DNA of 64,000 nucleotides from a virus (taxonomy: Duplodnaviria > Caudoviricetes), in IMG/VR virus record IMGVR_UViG_3300031418_000007; one strand, given 5' to 3'. The notes under the pieces were generated by a model. It was not told where the DNA came from, made no database searches, and saw nothing but the letters and a program-made list of their open reading frames with translations. Of this stretch, positions 36,989 to 45,943 are shown piece by piece. Both the position numbers and the translations under genes were made by a program. Within the stretch, counting starts at the first letter, position 1. Each line of letters starts with the position of its first letter.

Positions 36989-37888
36989 ATGGCAGATTCT
37001 AACTACATCCATCGCACGAACGACACGCTGCTTAGCAAGAGCGATCCGTTTGTTCAGGCGATGGGTCTGCAAAACCGCCCGGTAGTCAACCCGGGCATTG
37101 GTGACATCAGCGGCTGGACACACAACGTGTTCGACTACCTGAACGTGCAACCGCACATTCAGCAGCAGAGCTGGTGTATCGTTCTGTCAACCCCAGGCAT
37201 CTTCAGTCGCCTGCCAGGTGGAAACCGCTTGCACTCCATGTGTAAGTCTTTCTTTGAGAACCGCTCTCTGAAGTTCGAAGGCCTGAGCGACCGTACCGAG
37301 TTCGAGTTCGCCGACGTGCAGTGGACAGGTCACCGCCTGAGCTTCCCGTCTGGCGCAACCCGTACCCTGGGTCAGGTAACGCACGACACCTACGATCTTG
37401 AAGGTGAACCGTTCCGTTACATGTTCGAAGCATGGGGTAACTGGGGTATGATCAACCCAGACACCGGCATGCCGAACGCCGTAATCCTGCGTGATCCAGG
37501 CGATCTCCTGCTGGATGACATCGGTGCGAGCTGCATCTACTTCGATACCACTCGTAATGGTAAAGACATTTCTTCTGCACAGCTGATCGTGGGAATGATG
37601 CCTGAAACCAAAGTGGCTACCGAACTGCGTCGTGATAAGAACGAAGCGGGTCAGATGCGCAACATCTCCATGCCATTCCGTGGTCTGGTAGAATCAAACA
37701 CTTACGCCGTGAAAGAAATTGCGCGTAAGATGTTGTCTCGTCTGAGCTGGTACAACCCAGGTTCAGTACAGGCGCCTTCTGCGTTCATGCAGCGTACGGC
37801 TATCCTGGAGTCTATCAAAGATTCTGGCGTAATCGAACACATGCAAACTGAACAGCGCAAAGTGGTTGCCCCTAACTACATCGCGTAA
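36989..37888 (+). CDS. Tail tube protein
   Basis: 299 aa directly after the sheath; phiKZ gp30-like position. Confidence 0.8.
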   Translation: MADSNYIHRTNDTLLSKSDPFVQAMGLQNRPVVNPGIGDISGWTHNVFDYLNVQPHIQQQSWCIVLSTPGIFSRLPGGNRLHSMCKSFFENRSLKFEGLSDRTEFEFADVQWTGHRLSFPSGATRTLGQVTHDTYDLEGEPFRYMFEAWGNWGMINPDTGMPNAVILRDPGDLLLDDIGASCIYFDTTRNGKDISSAQLIVGMMPETKVATELRRDKNEAGQMRNISMPFRGLVESNTYAVKEIARKMLSRLSWYNPGSVQAPSAFMQRTAILESIKDSGVIEHMQTEQRKVVAPNYIA

Positions 37889-37912
37889 GACAGAAAAAAA
37901 AAAATAGATAAT

Positions 37913-37946
37913 ATAACTCTACTACCCGCAAGGGTAGTAGAGTTAT
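37913..37946. terminator. Bidirectional terminator
   Basis: ATAACTCTACTACCC-GCAA-GGGTAGTAGAGTTAT (15 bp stem). Confidence 0.8.
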
Positions 37947-38005
37947 TTATATTGACCAAATGTATTAAAACATTGATTAGTCACTTTTCTTACTCCGGTG
38001 AAGGA

Positions 38006-38083
38006 TTAAAGATATTTTTCAATGATGCAGTGTACAGCAAAAGCCAACACACATCCTAGTACGATACTCCAAAATATTATCAT
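38006..38083 (-). CDS. 25-aa single-pass membrane peptide, not in the ORF track
   Basis: GAGGAG RBS; MIIFWSIVLGCVLAFAVHCIIEKYL. Confidence 0.6.
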   Translation of the reverse strand: MIIFWSIVLGCVLAFAVHCIIEKYL

Positions 38084-38113
38084 ATCGGATCTCCTCTATT
38101 GATTAAAAGACAC

Positions 38114-38139
38114 GCTCACCCAAGTTTCCCTAGGTGAGC
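38114..38139 (-). terminator. Intrinsic terminator
   Basis: GCTCACC...GGTGAGC then GTGTCTTTT on the minus strand. Confidence 0.55.
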
Positions 38140-38154
38140 CCCAGAACCTTTCAA

Positions 38155-38679
38155 TTAGCGACGCACCAGCGAAGCTTTAGTAGGCACACCTAACATGTCA
38201 GGCTTAGCTACGTTTTTCAAAAGCGTCCTCAACATATGGCGGTTCTTACGAATTGCTTTCAGAACTTTCATATGGTTACAGCGTGGAGCAAACTGTTTGA
38301 ATTGCTCCAGGTCGCGAGTGTAGTAATACAGCGCCATCGCACGTAACAGCTCAATAGCGTCACGACCATGTTCTGCATACATCTCACTGATTTCCACTTT
38401 CTCCAACCAACGCATTGCATCACCATAACTCATGGTCATCGGCAACACGAAAGTGAAGTGGGTGAAGTTTTTACTAATGGTCGGCGTGTGGGCGCGTTCG
38501 GAAACGGCCACCTGCGCACGACGGGTTTTCCAACCATGTTGATAGGTTAGTCTAACAAAGGTAGGGAATTGTTCTACACTGATGCTCAGCGGTTTCCAGG
38601 TAAACTTGTGGATTAGCAGAACGATCAGTACGGCGTAGGTTACAGTTAACAGCACATTCATCAGAGTATCGTAAGTCAT
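38155..38679 (-). CDS. Membrane-anchored hypothetical protein (174 aa)
   Basis: N-terminal TM segment VLLTVTYAVLIVLLI; AAGGA RBS. Confidence 0.7.
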   Translation of the reverse strand: MTYDTLMNVLLTVTYAVLIVLLIHKFTWKPLSISVEQFPTFVRLTYQHGWKTRRAQVAVSERAHTPTISKNFTHFTFVLPMTMSYGDAMRWLEKVEISEMYAEHGRDAIELLRAMALYYYTRDLEQFKQFAPRCNHMKVLKAIRKNRHMLRTLLKNVAKPDMLGVPTKASLVRR

Positions 38680-38693
38680 AATTATTATCCTTA

Positions 38694-39179
38694 TTAACGA
38701 GGAGTACGAGGGGAAGTAAAAACAACGTCGCTTTTACGCGGTTCGTTGACAACCAATACCTGTTCTTTCAACAGATCACCGAAAGGGAATTCTGGAGCCT
38801 GATTTTTAATCTCTTCAGGCAACCCAATTTCTTGATCATAATGTCGAAGAGCGCAGGAAACCAGTGAAGTGATCCAGTCATTACGCACACGAGTAAATGA
38901 GTCATCTTGAATAGCAAAGGTGAACCCACGGTATCCGTTTGCAGGATCACGCGCTATCTCTTTACCGTAAAGCAACTCACTGACAATGTCAGGCGCCTGA
39001 GGTCCTTTAAACAGTTCTTTATAGACAACGAAGATGCATTGTGTCTGTGTGCTGTAAAGCACAACTACGTTCTTCATGTCGATTAATAAATTACCGTGCT
39101 CAGGCTCATTAAACTCAGACAGGACACTGATGCTAACAACGTCGTTTTCTACCAGTGCTTTATCAGTAACTTGTAACAT
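38694..39179 (-). CDS. Early hypothetical protein (161 aa)
   Basis: AAGGGG RBS; early promoter upstream. Confidence 0.7.
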   Translation of the reverse strand: MLQVTDKALVENDVVSISVLSEFNEPEHGNLLIDMKNVVVLYSTQTQCIFVVYKELFKGPQAPDIVSELLYGKEIARDPANGYRGFTFAIQDDSFTRVRNDWITSLVSCALRHYDQEIGLPEEIKNQAPEFPFGDLLKEQVLVVNEPRKSDVVFTSPRTPR

Positions 39180-39222
39180 ATAAACCCCTTAATTAAATAG
39201 ATTAGTTTGTTTATCTACTTAG

Positions 39223-39231
39223 GTAATATAG
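39223..39231 (-). promoter_or_regulatory. Early promoter CTATATTAC
   Basis: Exact motif. Confidence 0.75.
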
Positions 39232-39281
39232 GTCTAAGATGAAATGTATTCTAAATACAAACGAAAAATAAATACCCGCAA

Positions 39282-39305
39282 ATAAGGTGGCCGAAGCCAC
39301 CTTAT
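39282..39305 (-). terminator. Intrinsic terminator (cUUCGg loop)
   Basis: ATAAGGTGGC-TTCG-GCCACCTTAT on the minus strand. Confidence 0.8.
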
Positions 39306-39320
39306 CTGTTTCAGGTTAGA

Positions 39321-39764
39321 TTAACCGAAAAGTTTTGCAGCCGCTTCAGCGTTAGCAACCTGCATTTGGTCGTTCCACGCATTCAGGTCATCGCTCATGC
39401 CGAAGTCGGTGGCGATGGTAGACTGACCGTACAGCTGACTGTCGCCGAGATCCTGCACCATAACGTGCTGTGCGTTGATGGTGAGCTGATCGCCCAGCTT
39501 CAGGGTAGCATCGAAGTTGGTGATGTCGTTGTTGGCTTCATAAGCCTGACGACCCAGCTGGGCAGCAACCGCACCAACCTGTGAAGAAACGTTGTTGATG
39601 AAAGAGATGTGATTATCCAGAGACTGCTCGGTGATACCTTCCGGGTACAGTTCAGCTGGCAGGCTCAGCGTGGCGTGAGCAGAGACATCAGAGACTTCAG
39701 CAGTATCGAACAGATTAGTGATACCGGCTTCCATCATTTCGTCAAAGTTTACAATTGAAGACAT
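39321..39764 (-). CDS. Highly acidic early protein (147 aa)
   Basis: 21 D/E versus 3 K/R by hand count; strong codon bias; own promoter and terminator. Confidence 0.8.
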   Translation of the reverse strand: MSSIVNFDEMMEAGITNLFDTAEVSDVSAHATLSLPAELYPEGITEQSLDNHISFINNVSSQVGAVAAQLGRQAYEANNDITNFDATLKLGDQLTINAQHVMVQDLGDSQLYGQSTIATDFGMSDDLNAWNDQMQVANAEAAAKLFG

Positions 39765-39846
39765 CGTTATTTCCTATTGTTGAGTAAGGACTAAAGAAAG
39801 GAGTAGCAGTTGCATCTCCTAGAACTGGGGTTCTTGTTTCAGTTAA

Positions 39847-39855
39847 GTAATATAG
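39847..39855 (-). promoter_or_regulatory. Early promoter CTATATTAC
   Basis: Exact motif. Confidence 0.75.
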
Positions 39856-39919
39856 GTGTGAAATATTTTTAGCATAACGGAACAATAGATGGATCATACA
39901 GCAAAAAATAAATAAAGAG

Positions 39920-39945
39920 ACACCTCTGCCCGAAGGCAGAAGTGT
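39920..39945 (-). terminator. Intrinsic terminator (cUUCGg loop)
   Basis: TCTGCC-TTCG-GGCAGA core on the minus strand with a downstream T-rich tract. Confidence 0.75.
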
Positions 39946-39951
39946 TCTTGG

Positions 39952-40380
39952 TTACGGACGGAAGATACCAGCAGTGGATGCAACGTCATCGAGATTATTA
40001 ACGGTATCTTTAATGATACAGTTATAGGTGTCACCTTCTTCATTGTCAGTCATGATCAGGAACTGAGCACGATCAACCAGTTTGCCATGCAGGTAACTGA
40101 TGGAATACTGAGTGTCGCCCTGGAGGATATCCAAGCCATCCACTACGGTACCATCAACCGCCTGCACATTGCTCACGCCGGTTTCCTGTAATGAGCTTTC
40201 AACTTTCTCTTTCTTGCCATCAGCAGTTGTGAAAGTGAATTTCACATTCTGCGCATCACGCGTTGCTTTAACACTGCCGCCATTATCAAACTTGCACTGG
40301 AACAGTACCAGGTCTTTAGCCATAGCACTGCCCATGAACATTGCGGAACACAGCAGACCGATAAAGAGAGACTTACGCAT
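39952..40380 (-). CDS. Secreted/periplasmic protein (142 aa)
   Basis: Sec signal ending SAMA|K; LFQC near the mature N-terminus and a second Cys near the C-terminus. Confidence 0.75.
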   Translation of the reverse strand: MRKSLFIGLLCSAMFMGSAMAKDLVLFQCKFDNGGSVKATRDAQNVKFTFTTADGKKEKVESSLQETGVSNVQAVDGTVVDGLDILQGDTQYSISYLHGKLVDRAQFLIMTDNEEGDTYNCIIKDTVNNLDDVASTAGIFRP

Positions 40381-40422
40381 TTTAAAACCCCTTGATTAAA
40401 TTAACTAAGTTTATTCACTCAG

Positions 40423-40431
40423 GTAATATAG
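40423..40431 (-). promoter_or_regulatory. Early promoter CTATATTAC
   Basis: Exact motif. Confidence 0.75.
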
Positions 40432-40557
40432 AGCTGAGATAAACTGTATTAGAAAATGCAGAAGATCTCTACAACAGTACAAAAGAAGCTTTTGACTTTG
40501 CCCGGCTGTTTGCAACTGGGCATCATCAGAGCTATCTCTTCATCGGTAAGTGGTCTG

Positions 40558-41226
40558 TCACTGTCCTTGCAGCTTAACGATTGCGTCGTTGACGAGCTGG
40601 TAGATTTCGACACCGTATTCTTTTCCGATGCTGTTCTCGAGACATGCATTAATCAGCTCCTCACGTTTTTCGTGGAAGTCAATTGTCATTAAGTTCTCAC
40701 GAAGTTCTTCGTGCGTCGGATTCCAATCATCCTCTGCAACGTAGTCGCCGTTGGCGCTGGCAATGAATTTCGTCAGGAACTCAGCCTTCTCCTCCTTTGA
40801 ACTGGTGAGCGCCATGGATGTAACGAACGGATCGAAACACAGCAGGTCAGCAACCACGGCACGGAACAGTTCCACGTTGTTAGAGAAACGCAGAGCAGCC
40901 ATGCGATAGATCACGCTTTTGCGGTGTTCGATGTTCAGAGAGAATGCACGCTTGGTCATCAGCGCCATGGTAGGGTGACGGCTGGTGATAAACATGTTGG
41001 TAATTTGCAAAGCGTAGTCGCCAATGGCGGTGGCCTTGCTGTCGTTGTTCATAACCACACCTTCAATGAGGTGCGCACCAGATATGCTATCAACTGCGGC
41101 ATTCCAGAATTTCCGTGACTCGTCAAACATGGCGGACAACAGATCAGCGTTACCGATAGCAGAACCGATTTGCGTGATCTGATACAGCTCTTGATGTTTA
41201 ACAACGGAAAGTTGTGGAAGTTTCAT
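40558..41226 (-). CDS. Hypothetical protein (222 aa)
   Basis: AAGGA RBS. Confidence 0.7.
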   Translation of the reverse strand: MKLPQLSVVKHQELYQITQIGSAIGNADLLSAMFDESRKFWNAAVDSISGAHLIEGVVMNNDSKATAIGDYALQITNMFITSRHPTMALMTKRAFSLNIEHRKSVIYRMAALRFSNNVELFRAVVADLLCFDPFVTSMALTSSKEEKAEFLTKFIASANGDYVAEDDWNPTHEELRENLMTIDFHEKREELINACLENSIGKEYGVEIYQLVNDAIVKLQGQ

Positions 41227-41244
41227 ATTTTTGTCCTTTTATCA

Positions 41245-41625
41245 TCATTGGGGGTTATCAAAGACGTGATCAACAACGGAAGCCTTTTTGCAAATATGCT
41301 GAATGCGATTTCCTTCAGTGAATTGCACTACAGAATATTGTTGCATATTGCCGTTGTCGATGAACTCTATAGCATAAGAGCACAGTTGCGGATTATTTCC
41401 CAACGGTAACTCCCAGCTATCATAACCCTGTCCTCTGTTTACTATGGGTTCGAGCTTTTGCACAGTGGATGTGCAGGTGGAACTCTGGAGGCTGAATGTG
41501 TGCTCACCACCAGCAATTGTTTCCAACACTGCCACACCCGCTGCGGTTTCGCATTTGAATATGGTGTCGGCAATAGAAGAGCTTGAAAAGCAAAGTAATA
41601 GCAATACGATTATTACATTCTTCAT
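41245..41625 (-). CDS. Secreted/periplasmic protein (126 aa)
   Basis: Signal peptide ending SIA|D; IFKC near the mature N-terminus; four Cys in the mature part. Confidence 0.75.
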   Translation of the reverse strand: MKNVIIVLLLLCFSSSSIADTIFKCETAAGVAVLETIAGGEHTFSLQSSTCTSTVQKLEPIVNRGQGYDSWELPLGNNPQLCSYAIEFIDNGNMQQYSVVQFTEGNRIQHICKKASVVDHVFDNPQ

Positions 41626-41663
41626 GATGTCCTCGATCGTTTAATTGTAGGTTATACAATCAA

Positions 41664-41672
41664 ATAATGTAG
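41664..41672 (-). promoter_or_regulatory. Early promoter variant CTACATTAT
   Basis: Two mismatches from the motif, but same position and context as the other copies. Confidence 0.45.
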
Positions 41673-41703
41673 ACCCATAAAGCTTTTTATTGTAATTGGC
41701 TAA

Positions 41704-41736
41704 AATTAAGTTGTGGCGCAAAGCCACAACTTAATT
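41704..41736 (-). terminator. Intrinsic terminator of the vRNAP/protease operon
   Basis: AATTAAGTTGTGGC-GCAAA-GCCACAACTTAATT. Confidence 0.75.
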
Positions 41737-41740
41737 GAGT

Positions 41741-42640
41741 TTAGAACAAGTTAAAGCAGCCGCTGTTAACGGCAGTTACTGTTTTAGAACCTTTGCTGTT
41801 ACGCTTGATCGTTGCAATCACATTATCCATGTCATTGAAGCTTTCCATACCGGCGAAGCGAGCAATAACGTCTGGGTTGTTGCGATGTGTTTCCCAAGCA
41901 TCTACCAGAGTATCAACAGTGAAGCTGATAGATCCCGCAGAGGAGGCGTCGAAACTGTTCCCCATACCGGACAGCAGATCTTCCAAACCAGCAGTGAGAT
42001 GTTTGCATGCTTCTGCTGCACCTGGTTCAAAGACCAGATCAAAGTTACAGAAGTATTCAATCATACGCGTTTTGTCACCCATCTTCTGAGGTGCGGTTAC
42101 CGTTCGCATACTCAGGGCGGTGTTGATATCTGGATTAACCAGGCTATCAGCAGCCAACTGTTTGTGGGTACCAAAAGGAATGATCTCTGCACGCATCATC
42201 ACCGGGTCATAACGACCACCTGTCATATCAAAGTGAATACGACGAATGTGCAAGCACACGTTGTCCATCACAATGGTACGCAGGCGCATGACCCACTCAA
42301 ACGCTTCAGTGATTGGTGTACGAACCACCATACCGTTGACACGCTCAAGGTAGAACGGTTGTGGATGGCCCAGCTCAGCATACACTTCGCCACGCGCGAC
42401 ACGACGCATCAGGTCACTATTGGGATCCATACACTCCATGATGTATTCATTCACGGGATAAGAATGCCCAAGACGAAGTGGGGCGTTTAATTTCCCCGCG
42501 TTCATCATGTAGTAACCGGAATCGTCCATGGGTTTCAATACCCCACGTTTTCCACTTCCAGCCAGTAGTGTGTTCTCAAAGGTCAATGTCTGACCCTGTT
42601 GATTCACCAACTGACGAGAAGGCATTAAGATATTACTCAT
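41741..42640 (-). CDS. Prohead protease (phiKZ gp175/SPN3US gp245-like)
   Basis: YAELGHP and ALSMR catalytic His/Ser motifs; C-terminal AGLE and AGME possible self-cleavage sites. Confidence 0.85.
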   Translation of the reverse strand: MSNILMPSRQLVNQQGQTLTFENTLLAGSGKRGVLKPMDDSGYYMMNAGKLNAPLRLGHSYPVNEYIMECMDPNSDLMRRVARGEVYAELGHPQPFYLERVNGMVVRTPITEAFEWVMRLRTIVMDNVCLHIRRIHFDMTGGRYDPVMMRAEIIPFGTHKQLAADSLVNPDINTALSMRTVTAPQKMGDKTRMIEYFCNFDLVFEPGAAEACKHLTAGLEDLLSGMGNSFDASSAGSISFTVDTLVDAWETHRNNPDVIARFAGMESFNDMDNVIATIKRNSKGSKTVTAVNSGCFNLF

Positions 42641-43364
42641 CGGTTGGAATACCCCTGATCATTTTATCCAGTCCAGTTACTTTATCACTTGGCTTAATGA
42701 TGCTGGACAGAAGGTTATCGTTTAAATAGCCACCAATGTAACGGGAGAAGCTGTCAGTGATCAGCATGCTTGGGTTGTTCAAACCTACAATCACTGGATC
42801 CCTGCCTTCCTTCATGGCTTTGCTGCCACGATACGGTTTCTCTAAATCATCTGGGTCACGATAGATGATCGAGAACAAGGTGCGCATTACCTGAGGTGAC
42901 GAACCTACTTTCTTGCCTAACTCTTCCAAGGCCGAGTCAAACAGAGTACTGTGAACTTTCCAGTCCATATACCATGGAATCTTCGCGTAGTTCACGAACT
43001 CCATGAAGTAGTAGTACGGCATGTTGGGGTCAATCGAGCTACGGACATTTTCAAATACCGTGTCACCCTTGAAGAACTCCATATTGACGTACTTGTCTCC
43101 GTTGATGCTGACGTCCGTCATATCCGTGGGATACAAGTTCATGTTCAGCATCGACAGGAAACAGCAATAACAGTCACCCGGTAAGATGATGCCCAGCACA
43201 GGCGCCGTGGTCACGTAGTCTGTGATTTCAGCTAACCCGTTCTGGGTAAAACGACGAGGAATCTGAATAAACAAATTGCGGTTGGCTATAACCGAACCGT
43301 CCTCCAGGATAGTCAACGCCTTTTCAACTTTCTCAGGATTCTTAACCAGTCCAGTTATATCCAT
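42633..43364 (-). CDS. Virion RNA polymerase beta' C-terminal subunit (phiKZ gp176-like)
   Basis: Size, position upstream of the protease, and N-terminal pattern (LVKNPEKVEKAL...IQIPRRF) as recalled. Confidence 0.65.
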   Translation of the reverse strand: MDITGLVKNPEKVEKALTILEDGSVIANRNLFIQIPRRFTQNGLAEITDYVTTAPVLGIILPGDCYCCFLSMLNMNLYPTDMTDVSINGDKYVNMEFFKGDTVFENVRSSIDPNMPYYYFMEFVNYAKIPWYMDWKVHSTLFDSALEELGKKVGSSPQVMRTLFSIIYRDPDDLEKPYRGSKAMKEGRDPVIVGLNNPSMLITDSFSRYIGGYLNDNLLSSIIKPSDKVTGLDKMIRGIPTDE

Positions 43365-43367
43365 TTG

Positions 43368-44894
43368 TTATTTCACCGTAAAGAGTTTATTAACGAAGTG
43401 TTGGATTACCGCAACATGCAGGTTTTCACGTTTAGTCACTTCACAGTCGCCAGCATTGCCCAGATCAATGGTCATGCCCAGCACAGCTTGCGCGTCTTTA
43501 CAACCGATGAAGCCCAGGAAGTCAACAGGCAGGCCAGTGGCGAACACGGCGTCTTCCACAGACAGTTTACGGTTGTCCAGATTATGGGCCAGGCTTGAAC
43601 CCACGTTACGGTTACCCAGGAACCCGGTTACCGCACGTTGAATCTCATCCACGTTATTAGTAGAAGAGAAGCGCTCTGACAGCTCAGGACAACCACAGAT
43701 GAACTTCACCACTTCTTGCATGATCACGCGGTTGTAGACCTGTGCAGACGCACCGTGGGCGATATGAACCACTGATTCGCACAGAGAGTGCAGATACACC
43801 AGTGCTCCTTCCAAATTGCTTGGGTAAGAGCTGGCAATCGACGGATCCAGGTTAACGTACTTGCGATAGAAATACGCCAGTGCGACATCAGAGAAGCTCA
43901 TGCCTTTATCCAGACACATGTCGAGCCCCGTGGTGTTGTAATACACCGTGGCTTTAACACGAACACGTTTAAAGACCTTGGCGCCTTCAACTGGGCTTGC
44001 ATCACGCACAGCAACTTCAGTGCGCTCTACGATACGAATTGGGAAAGACAACAGGCTAACTGCCGCGGTTTTCAATTCGATCAACGCTTTCTGGTAAGCG
44101 CAGTGCAGGAAGCGAACGTGCTGACGGTAATCTTCCAGACCACCCACGGTCAGACCTTCAAACGGTGCGTCTTCCGCAACCATCTTACAGAGAATGACGT
44201 ATTGGATAAACAGCGTTTCAGCGCGATCCAGACGTGGACGAGTAAAGTCAACGCTCTTGCCTTCTTCATCGAAGTGGAACGGCAGACCCCAAACACGCGC
44301 CAGTGAACTCAGTGCTTCAGAGAGATCAACGTTTGAGCTCATCATCAGTTCATTGATTTCTGGATTGTCGATGTTCAGCCAACCGGCAACCTGAGAACTG
44401 TCCCAACGAGCAAACTGAACCTTTTCCAGAGAGTCCAAGCTGATGTTGGCGTAGTCAGCAACCAGCTTTGGTGCAGTCAGTGGATAGAACAGTGAGCTGT
44501 AGAAAGGGTGATCGGTACGAATGAACTCAAGGTCCATCTGACCCAGCAGGAAGTTCTTTGCCATGCGGTTGGTGTCTGACATGTCCAGATCAGTGGCCAT
44601 CAGTGCAGAAGCCACTTGGCCTGACAGACCACGACCGTAGATACGGATCTGTTCAAAAGTCCCGCGTAGGTTTTCTGCCAACGCCGTGGTGACTTCATCA
44701 CTGATTACTGCGTATTCAGGAGAAGTAGCACTGAGCTCAGGAACACGCGCTGCGTAATCTTCAGGCGTCAGCGGCAGCGCACCTTCCAGGCTGTCGGTCA
44801 ACGCAACAACTACCGGACTTGCATTAGCAGCAATATCAAGATCAGTGCTGACAGCAAGCGCTTCGGCAATTGCTAAAGTCTTTTTAGTTAACAT
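43368..44894 (-). CDS. Virion head protein (phiKZ gp177-like, 508 aa)
   Basis: Position in the vRNAP operon; strong codon bias. Confidence 0.6.
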   Translation of the reverse strand: MLTKKTLAIAEALAVSTDLDIAANASPVVVALTDSLEGALPLTPEDYAARVPELSATSPEYAVISDEVTTALAENLRGTFEQIRIYGRGLSGQVASALMATDLDMSDTNRMAKNFLLGQMDLEFIRTDHPFYSSLFYPLTAPKLVADYANISLDSLEKVQFARWDSSQVAGWLNIDNPEINELMMSSNVDLSEALSSLARVWGLPFHFDEEGKSVDFTRPRLDRAETLFIQYVILCKMVAEDAPFEGLTVGGLEDYRQHVRFLHCAYQKALIELKTAAVSLLSFPIRIVERTEVAVRDASPVEGAKVFKRVRVKATVYYNTTGLDMCLDKGMSFSDVALAYFYRKYVNLDPSIASSYPSNLEGALVYLHSLCESVVHIAHGASAQVYNRVIMQEVVKFICGCPELSERFSSTNNVDEIQRAVTGFLGNRNVGSSLAHNLDNRKLSVEDAVFATGLPVDFLGFIGCKDAQAVLGMTIDLGNAGDCEVTKRENLHVAVIQHFVNKLFTVK

Positions 44895-44903
44895 GCGGGT
44901 TCC

Positions 44904-45077
44904 TTACTCTGACAGGGTTTTGATACGGCTGTTGATGGATTTGCTGATCTTCTCATCCTGAATAGCAGGATCCAGCGGTGCGATGTGCTCAAGGCCCAGT
45001 TTAGCGATGCCTGTTTTAACCAGCTGTGTGATCACAGCAATGGCGACAACGTTTCTTACAAAAGAGGGGTTGCTCAT
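44904..45077 (-). CDS. Small protein (57 aa), not in the ORF track
   Basis: ATGA coupling to the endolysin; MSNPSFVRNVVAIAVITQLVKTGIAKLGLEHIAPLDPAIQDEKISKSINSRIKTLSE. Confidence 0.7.
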   Translation of the reverse strand: MSNPSFVRNVVAIAVITQLVKTGIAKLGLEHIAPLDPAIQDEKISKSINSRIKTLSE

Positions 45078-45943
45078 TGTTTAATCTTCCTGTTGTTGAG
45101 CTGCATGCCTTCATAATAAGAGGCATAGATGCGCGCAGAGATTTCACCGATCGTGATGATGCCATCGCGGTTGATATCCAGGCCGTTGTTCTGAGTATAA
45201 CCTTTGGTGCCTTTCTCAAAGATTTTCTCATTCGGTGCATGACCGATGGCTTTTGGATAGAACACACTCAGATAAAAATCATCCAGACGTCTAAAGATGC
45301 CGTAAGAGCGCTGACGCATGTCAAAGTATTTGAACACGTATTGCAGCTGTTGCATCTGGGTCATTGACGCCAAGGCCTGTACAGTGGTGTTTAAGTCACT
45401 GGCAGCCGGCGCCATGAATTGCAGCAAACCAAAAGCTTGCGCACCCGCCATGTTTTGGATATCAGGACGGAATGTACCTGCTGACTCAAAGCCCATGCAA
45501 CCCATTGCACAGTGCGCACCGCGCCAGCCCAGAGTGGCTTTATCCGCCCAGTCTTTTACTGCTTGAGTAAACTCAGTTGAAACACGGGCGCTCCAACAGA
45601 TGTCCCACTCAGGCAGACCTTTATCCTGACGGTACTCTTTGTTGATGGTAAAGAAAGCGAAAGAAGTGCCATCGCCATATAAACCATCTGGACGTCCAGT
45701 GTAAAGACCGAGAGCGGTGAGAGCACGTTGAACGGACATGAGAATAGCTTCTGGGGAAGAGGAGGGGACGAGCCCCTCCATCGTTGCCGTGATACCGCGC
45801 TTCTTAGCAGCAGTAGCGATCAGCAAGTTGACAGCATCCGTGCTGCCTTGCCCCCAGACGCCATCAATACGACCGTTGTACAAACGTGACTCAGCAAGTC
45901 CCACTTGTAGGTCTTTAATTGCATTGACGCCGGAATTGATCAT
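45074..45943 (-). CDS. Modular endolysin: two peptidoglycan-binding repeats plus a lysozyme/SLT-like domain
   Basis: LQVGL..LYNGRIDGVWGQGS and VQRAL..LGLYTGRPDGLYGDGT repeats; catalytic MGFESAGTF...AFGLLQFM. Confidence 0.85.
   Translation of the reverse strand: MINSGVNAIKDLQVGLAESRLYNGRIDGVWGQGSTDAVNLLIATAAKKRGITATMEGLVPSSSPEAILMSVQRALTALGLYTGRPDGLYGDGTSFAFFTINKEYRQDKGLPEWDICWSARVSTEFTQAVKDWADKATLGWRGAHCAMGCMGFESAGTFRPDIQNMAGAQAFGLLQFMAPAASDLNTTVQALASMTQMQQLQYVFKYFDMRQRSYGIFRRLDDFYLSVFYPKAIGHAPNEKIFEKGTKGYTQNNGLDINRDGIITIGEISARIYASYYEGMQLNNRKIKQ

Noticed and set aside
35114-37156. 680-aa antisense ORF over the sheath (also 118-747, 757-1509, 8161-9096, 56790-57791)
   Set aside because: Shadow frames caused by strong codon bias in highly expressed genes on the opposite strand.
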